Source: an uncultured Clostridia bacterium
Lineage (GTDB): Bacteria > Bacillota > Clostridia > Christensenellales > UBA1242
DNA length: 64,000 nucleotides
Assembly (NCBI GenBank): GCA_930971385.1
Contig: CAKNGB010000001.1
Span: 348,468-412,467 of the forward strand
Reading direction: 5' to 3'
In this document: piece by piece, positions 58,867 to 64,000 of the stretch
How positions within the stretch are numbered: the stretch's first letter is position 1
Layout: every line of letters begins with the position of its first letter
Program-made: the position numbers and the translations under genes
The notes under the pieces: generated by a model
Seen by the model: only the letters and a program-made list of their open reading frames with translations
Databases searched by the model: none
What the model was told of the DNA's origin: nothing

Positions 58867-58895
58867 ATTATATCAAACTCAAAAAAAATCTCCAA
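58867..58895 (-). promoter_or_regulatory. Promoter placed for a leaderless recombinase transcript
   Basis: The minus strand reads TTGGAG, 17 bp spacer, TATAAT, then 6 nt to the ATG at 58860. Confidence 0.45.
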
Positions 58896-58988
58896 CAAAT
58901 TTAACTTCTTGCTCAAATTTTGTTTAAAGGTGTGTTTGAAATTATCTATTTAAAATAAACTTCGCCACAAAAAACTTAGTTTTGAGCT

Positions 58989-59024
58989 ACAAAAAAGACC
59001 TAATAATTTAAAAATTTAGGTCTT
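58989..59024 (-). terminator. Rho-independent terminator of spoIVB
   Basis: The minus strand reads aagacctaa...ttaggtctt followed by T6. Confidence 0.65.
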
Positions 59025-59054
59025 AAATTTGAATTTATCTCAATTTGAATTCAT

Positions 59055-60218
59055 TTAATTATTAAGCATCCAATCGCAATACACGCCATATCCTTTTGTT
59101 GGGTCGGATAAGAAAACGTGTGTGACCGCGCCCACAATCTTGCCATTTTGCATAATTGGCGAACCGCTCATTCCTTGCACAATTCCGCCTGTGAGGTCAA
59201 GAAGGCGTTTGTCTTTCACACGGAAAACCAAACTTTTGTCGTTGGCTTTTTTCTGATAGTTTGCCTTAATAATTTCAATTTCATACTCCTCTTTAATTCC
59301 GCTTATGTCCGAAACAATAGTTGCCTTCCCTGGAGTGACCGAAAGACGCCCACCGAGTTTTGCCGTTAAATTTTCATCCACAAGTCCGTCAAGATTGCTC
59401 ATCGTGCCATTTATGCCAAATTTGGAATTTGAAACGATGTTGCCTTTATTTTTGCTGTTTTGAAGGAACAAACACCTAAGTTGACCTGGGTTATTTTTCT
59501 CGCCTTTATTAATTCCAATCAAATTGCATAAGTAAATTTTTCCCTCTTTAACTGGCACAATGTTAGAACTATTTCCCTCCACAACCGCGTGCCCAAGCGC
59601 ACCATACTCTCCTGTTTTCTTGTTAACAAAAGTGAGCGTGCCAACGCCTGTCACATTATCTTTCACAACAAGCCCAAGTTTATACTTATTCTCCTTATCT
59701 TTCAAAATTGGAACCAGCGTTCGCATTTCCTTATTGTTTCTTAAATATGTGACCTCGGCTTCGTCGCTATTTGAAAGCACAGATTGAAAATCATCTATAT
59801 CTTCAAAATCCACGCCGTTTATTTTTGTGACAATATCTCCCTCTTTAAGCGAATTTTCAGAGGAAAGCACAATTCCGCCGTCGGTTTGAATGGAAAGCCC
59901 GATAGGCACACCGCCGATGTAATAGTCGTCATCGTTTGTCATAACAACGGAAACTTTGCGAATGGGGATAAAACCAAAAAGTTTAAAAACAATCTCTCCA
60001 TTTTTCGTCTTACCAGTGCTAGCCTCGCTTTCTTTTTGCTTCAATTCACCATTTATAAACGAGCCAAAAAGATGATTTTCATTTGCTGATGCCACATCCT
60101 CATAAGAAACCAAAAAGTCACTTTCAATTTTATAGATGTCCACGATTGGCAGTGCCACAAGAAGAAGGCAAGTGAGCCACAAAAAAATATATGTTGACCA
60201 AAACTTATTTCTTTTCAT
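59055..60218 (-). CDS. spoIVB: SpoIVB peptidase (S55) with PDZ domain
   Basis: PDZ GDIVTKINGV, GTLTFVNKKTGEYGALGH and the GMSGSPI catalytic Ser context. The start is taken at ATG 60218, with a TTG at 60245 as the alternative. Confidence 0.85.
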   Translation of the reverse strand: MKRNKFWSTYIFLWLTCLLLVALPIVDIYKIESDFLVSYEDVASANENHLFGSFINGELKQKESEASTGKTKNGEIVFKLFGFIPIRKVSVVMTNDDDYYIGGVPIGLSIQTDGGIVLSSENSLKEGDIVTKINGVDFEDIDDFQSVLSNSDEAEVTYLRNNKEMRTLVPILKDKENKYKLGLVVKDNVTGVGTLTFVNKKTGEYGALGHAVVEGNSSNIVPVKEGKIYLCNLIGINKGEKNNPGQLRCLFLQNSKNKGNIVSNSKFGINGTMSNLDGLVDENLTAKLGGRLSVTPGKATIVSDISGIKEEYEIEIIKANYQKKANDKSLVFRVKDKRLLDLTGGIVQGMSGSPIMQNGKIVGAVTHVFLSDPTKGYGVYCDWMLNN

Positions 60219-60223
60219 TTTTC

Positions 60224-60252
60224 TAGTATCTTTCGTTTTTCGCAAAATATTC
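60224..60252 (-). promoter_or_regulatory. Candidate forespore sigma-F/G-type promoter of spoIVB
   Basis: The minus strand reads GAATA, 17 nt spacer, GATACTA, against the recalled consensus GHATR-N17/18-CATxxTA. Confidence 0.35.
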
Positions 60253-60317
60253 TGGCTATATGTTTATATCAACATACAATTAAATTATTTTTAAATTCAA
60301 ATTTATATAGTTTTTGT

Positions 60318-60941
60318 CTAGAATAAAGTTTTCAAAACAAAGGAAAATTCTCGCATTTCCCGCCTATATGTTTTATATTTCGGGCAATATTTTTCCACTT
60401 CTTTCCAAAATTGTGGTTTGTGGTTCATGTGTTTGGAGTGGCAAAGTTCGTGATAGATAACATAATCAATTAAATGCTTTGGCAAGATGATGAGTTTATA
60501 GTTAAGTTTCATTTCCTTTTGAGTGTTAAATGAACCCCATTTGCATTTTGATGACAAGGGTGAAATTTTTTTAACTTCAAAGCCTAAACTGTCTGCAAGT
60601 TCTCTTGCCCTATCGTGTAAAATTTCAAACAAGGAAAGATATTGATTTTTAATAAGTTTCCACTTTTTCGTTGAATTAGAAAAATCTAAACTAAGCGCCT
60701 TTGTTTCCATGGCAATGGAAGAAAATTGGTAGATATATTTTTCAAAGTCAAACTTCTTTGAAAACTCTTCAAACTCTTTCATCTTCTTAATTTTCTTGTT
60801 TATCCAGTCTTGCTTCGAATTTATAAATTCATAGATTTTTGTTTCTGCAAGTTTTGTTGGTGCTTTAACTTCAATTTCGTTTTCGTTTATTATCTTAAGC
60901 ACTAAGGTTTTTCTTCTTTCTCTTATTAATTTAATTTTCAT
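60318..60941 (-). CDS. YgjP-like (DUF45/M48-type) metal-dependent hydrolase
   Basis: HELCHSKHMNHKPQFW HExxH motif near the C-terminus. Confidence 0.7.
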   Translation of the reverse strand: MKIKLIRERRKTLVLKIINENEIEVKAPTKLAETKIYEFINSKQDWINKKIKKMKEFEEFSKKFDFEKYIYQFSSIAMETKALSLDFSNSTKKWKLIKNQYLSLFEILHDRARELADSLGFEVKKISPLSSKCKWGSFNTQKEMKLNYKLIILPKHLIDYVIYHELCHSKHMNHKPQFWKEVEKYCPKYKTYRREMREFSFVLKTLF

Positions 60942-60948
60942 GCCCTAT

Positions 60949-60977
60949 ATTTTATCACACAAATTTCTAAAAAGCAA
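60949..60977 (-). promoter_or_regulatory. Promoter placed for a leaderless transcript
   Basis: The minus strand reads TTGCTT, 17 bp spacer, (TGa)TAAAAT, then 7 nt to the ATG at 60941. Confidence 0.4.
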
Positions 60978-61004
60978 ATTAAATATAAGCTTTATCAAAT
61001 TTTC

Positions 61005-61094
61005 TTGCATAACACAAGATTTAGTTTTATCTAATTGCATAACACACTATATATTGTGGTATTATGCAATAAAAAATTTTTGCATAATACTATG
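61005..61094. repeat. Intergenic palindromic repeat family, cluster G (one full unit and two half units)
   Basis: ttgcataacacaagat (61005-61020), ttgcataacacactatatattgtggtattatgcaa (61035-61069) and tgcataatactatg (61081-61094). Confidence 0.65.
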
Positions 61095-61152
61095 AAAAAT
61101 TGTTTGACTTTTAAAATTATTAGATATATAATTTAATTAAATAGGAGGAATT

Positions 61153-62862
61153 ATGGCTTTCAATTCAAATGGTCAGGTTCAATATCTCATTCTTGACTCA
61201 CTTGCCGATGGTTCAAAATACGGCTTGGAAATCATTGAGTTTATCTCCAAAAAAACTAATGGTGGCTACATTTTAAAAAAGCCCACCCTTTACTCTTGCC
61301 TTACCCGTCTTGAAAAGAAAGGCTATGTTTCTTCGTCGTTTTGGGGAGAAAGCGAGTTTGGTGGAAAGCGTCACTACTATGCTTTAACAAATGAGGGAAG
61401 AGAAAATTTGAAGATTTTATCTAAAGAATTTGAACATATTTCCTTCACCTCTTCTGATAATGAAATCGACGATATCGACAAAGATATGATTGAAGAAAAT
61501 GTGAAGCCTATGTTCCTTTCACAAGAAAATTTGTTTGACCTTGCAAAGAAAGACTCTAAGGAAGAAGAAAAGAAAGAGGAAGTGAAAGTTGAGCCAGAAA
61601 TTGCCGAAAATCAAATGGACTTATTTTCCTATCCTGCAGAACCTGAAAAAGAAGAGGTTGAAAGCGTAAACGCCGATGTTTTCAGTTTTGAAGATAAAGA
61701 AGAAGAGAAACAAGATGATGGAAAATTTTTATCTGAAAGCGAAACTTTAACACCTTTTCAACTTGAACAAAACAAAAAGATTTTTAACACTTCCAGCGAA
61801 CTTAAAAAATATCGCAACCGTAAGAGTTTTTCTGATAATCAAATGCAAATGCCAGTTGAATACGAGAAAAAGCAGTCGGAAGAGGAATTTCAAGAAAAAA
61901 TTAAAGCACTTAAAGAGTCTATTTTGCAAACTAAGCAAAACACTTTCGATAAAGAAACTTACTATCCAAATTCCTACTCCTCTTCTCAAGAAGAAAAAGT
62001 GGAAGAAGAAAAACAAGACGATGGCGTTTATGTCAATGAATACTATGACCCATATTTCTATAAAAAACCTAAAACTTATGATGAGCAAGAGGAAACTGAA
62101 GAAGTTTTGGAAAATGTGGTGGAAGAAAGAAAAGATGATGCCACCTTTATCACTGAACAAATTGGAACTATTCCCGTTCAAAAGCGCATCACCCCGCCTA
62201 ATATCGAAATCAACGTTTCCGACGAAAACTTGCCTGCACCTATGCGCGACTCGCAGTTAGAGCCGACCTATAATGATATGGTTTCCAAGGTTATGGAAAA
62301 GAAAAAAGAAAAACAAGTGGTTAAGCGCGAACCAAGAATTGTTGTCGACACCAACACTACTTTTGCCGATTATGAAAGTTTGAAAGGCTACTATAATAAT
62401 CATGGCTTAACTTTTAAGGAATATAAAAAATCGACGGTGGAGCGTATTCATAACACAAATTTCTTGAAATTCATTTCCTCCATTGTGCTTTTCCTTCTAA
62501 GTGGCATTGGAAGTGGAATTTTGTATTGGATAATAAGCGCTAATAACCTCTTAATGCCAACCACAAACTTTATGTTCTACACTTTCCCAATTCTCTTTGC
62601 AGTTTATGTTTTATATGAATTTATTAGATATAAAACGGTTGTCAGCAAAAAAGCCTCTCAACGATATAACGCCATAATTAATTGGGCTGTGTTTGTGCTT
62701 TCCGCGATTGTGGCGTTTGTTATCAACATCTGTTTTGGTATGCAAGCCGAAACTATGATTGAATATTTAACCTCAATTTTAACTCCAATCTATGCCCTCT
62801 TATTAATTTGCCCAGTAAATTACTACATCACAAAGTTTATCTATAAAAAATGGGCAAAGTAA
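61153..62862 (+). CDS. PadR-family wHTH regulator fused to a long acidic linker and a C-terminal 4-TM domain
   Basis: ILDSLADGSKYGLEIIEFI...KPTLYSCLTRLEKKGYV...YYALTNEGRE, an E/K-rich region of about 300 aa, and C-terminal hydrophobic helices. AGGAGG RBS. Confidence 0.7.
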   Translation: MAFNSNGQVQYLILDSLADGSKYGLEIIEFISKKTNGGYILKKPTLYSCLTRLEKKGYVSSSFWGESEFGGKRHYYALTNEGRENLKILSKEFEHISFTSSDNEIDDIDKDMIEENVKPMFLSQENLFDLAKKDSKEEEKKEEVKVEPEIAENQMDLFSYPAEPEKEEVESVNADVFSFEDKEEEKQDDGKFLSESETLTPFQLEQNKKIFNTSSELKKYRNRKSFSDNQMQMPVEYEKKQSEEEFQEKIKALKESILQTKQNTFDKETYYPNSYSSSQEEKVEEEKQDDGVYVNEYYDPYFYKKPKTYDEQEETEEVLENVVEERKDDATFITEQIGTIPVQKRITPPNIEINVSDENLPAPMRDSQLEPTYNDMVSKVMEKKKEKQVVKREPRIVVDTNTTFADYESLKGYYNNHGLTFKEYKKSTVERIHNTNFLKFISSIVLFLLSGIGSGILYWIISANNLLMPTTNFMFYTFPILFAVYVLYEFIRYKTVVSKKASQRYNAIINWAVFVLSAIVAFVINICFGMQAETMIEYLTSILTPIYALLLICPVNYYITKFIYKKWAK

Positions 62863-62999
62863 AAAAATTTTTAAAATCTTTGCATATTTAAAAAATTTCA
62901 GCGCATGATATTAGTAAGTTAGTTATCTTTCATGATTTCTAACTTGATGAAGAAAAGAGATTTTAGTTCGTTTTGAATTATCCATTCTCTTTTCTTTTT

Positions 63000-63620
63000 T
63001 TAATTACATAGTTCAATCTCTTTTTTGCTCTTATGTTTTTTGATGAGCATAACAAAAAAGTCAAAAAGGAGAAAAAGGGCAATAATGATAAGCGAGGCAA
63101 TTAAAATGTATAGAGTGGAGTTTTCAAACAACACACATAAAAGCGTCACAACAAGGCAAGAGAAAAACGCACCCACCGTGATTGCTAAAAACGCTTGCCA
63201 CATTTTAAGATTTGTTAGCCCCGCAATCAAACTTCCAGCATACACTCCAGTTAACGGCAAAGGCACAGCAACAAACATGGCAAGAAGGGAAAGTTTATAG
63301 AAAGTTTTGTTTTTGGAGGATAATTTGTCTATCCTCTTTTTATATTTCTCTTCCAGTTTCACAAGAAATTTATCATGAACAAAACCACTTGCTTTGTTTT
63401 TTAATTTTCTAACACACCACATCACAATTAGGCATGGTATCATGCTTCCAACAAAGGCACAAATAAATGTGACGATGGGCGAAAGTGTGGCATCACCCCA
63501 AATTGCTTCTGACATACCAAAAGGTATGGCAATTTTGCTTTCGATTGTGGGAATTAATGAAACAAGAATAACTGCAAGAAACACACAACTTGAAAAATTG
63601 TCAGCAAAAAAATCTAACAT
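63000..63620 (-). CDS. Small multidrug-export-like membrane protein (COG2426 type)
   Basis: GGGAGG RBS before the ATG at 63620, the LIPTIESKIAIPFGMS motif, and 5 TM helices. Confidence 0.5.
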   Translation of the reverse strand: MLDFFADNFSSCVFLAVILVSLIPTIESKIAIPFGMSEAIWGDATLSPIVTFICAFVGSMIPCLIVMWCVRKLKNKASGFVHDKFLVKLEEKYKKRIDKLSSKNKTFYKLSLLAMFVAVPLPLTGVYAGSLIAGLTNLKMWQAFLAITVGAFFSCLVVTLLCVLFENSTLYILIASLIIIALFLLFDFFVMLIKKHKSKKEIELCN

Positions 63621-63682
63621 ATTTGCCTCCCACAATCATTTTATGATTTAACTTTTCAAGATATTATACTTTTTTGTAAACT

Positions 63683-63823
63683 GCGGGCGAAAGTGTCTTT
63701 TTGCGGTTTGAAGCGATTTTTTAGCATCTTAAAACACACCCCTTTCTTTCAAATAACTTTTTTACCCACGCAAAAAGACAGCGCGCTTTCGCGCGCCCAT
63801 GCTCCGCATGGACTTTCGCCCGC
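63683..63823. other. GC-rich multi-stem structured island (long-range inverted repeat plus two GC hairpins)
   Basis: The arm gcgggcgaaagtgtctttttgcg (63683-63705) pairs with cgcaaaaagaca (63769-63780) and actttcgcccgc (63812-63823). Hairpins gcgcgctttcgcgcgc and ccatgctccgcatgg lie between the two right-arm segments. Confidence 0.55.
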
Positions 63824-63844
63824 CTCGCCAAACTAAAAAAATAA

Positions 63845-63870
63845 AAAAAGAAGATTTTTCTTCTTCTTTC
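63845..63870 (-). terminator. Rho-independent terminator of the yebC-like gene
   Basis: The minus strand reads agaaga aaaa tcttct followed by T7. Confidence 0.55.
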
Positions 63871-63893
63871 AAATTAAATATAAAAGTTTTTGA

Positions 63894-64000
63894 TTATTCC
63901 TCATCTGGAAGGTTAACATTGTGATAAACTTCTTGAACATCGTCTAAATCTTCGAGTGCATCAATCATTCTTTGGAATTTTGGTGCTTGGTCAGCGCTCA
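63894..64000 (-). CDS. YebC/PmpR-family protein, C-terminal fragment (gene continues beyond the window)
   Basis: My own translation of the minus strand gives ...[37 protein letters not shown] matches the family C-terminus. Confidence 0.7.
   Translation of the reverse strand, partial: SADQAPKFQRMIDALEDLDDVQEVYHNVNLPDEE

Overview
This is a low-GC chromosomal segment from a Bacillota (Firmicutes) genome. It probably comes from a Clostridia-like spore former, since SpoIVB and a YtxC-like gene are present. I call about 60 protein genes, nearly all housekeeping. They include thrS and pheST (each behind a T-box leader), a cysteine desulfurase with thiI, argR-recN, ruvCAB-queA-tgt, rny, comM-dprA-topA-(trmFO-like)-hslVU, tcdA, trxA, nifSU, fhs, a YhaO/YhaN-type nuclease pair, alaS, clpX-clpP-tig, a XerS-like recombinase, spoIVB, lgt and divIVA. 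I saw no rRNA, tRNA, CRISPR array, IS element or prophage. The accessory-looking content is a 1616-aa GLUG-repeat surface protein, a Listeria-Bacteroides-repeat protein carrying a G9 tract, a DUF4097 protein, and a 1.1 kb gene-free AT-rich gap at about 45 kb where long blocks of + and - strand genes converge. Observations worth follow-up:
- A conserved palindromic intergenic repeat family, at least 9 units at 7 loci.
- A Rho paralogue with degenerate ATPase motifs.
- The in-frame poly-G tract, a possible phase-variation switch.
- A recurrent leaderless architecture, with a -10 box 6-7 nt upstream of the ATG and no Shine-Dalgarno.
- A terminus-like strand switch with a XerS-like recombinase about 12 kb away.
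- GC-rich structured intergenic islands.
- Several domain-reduced housekeeping proteins: AlaRS without C-Ala, ThrRS without TGS, and a divergent TrmFO.
All protein identities come from motif recall and synteny. No database search was possible.
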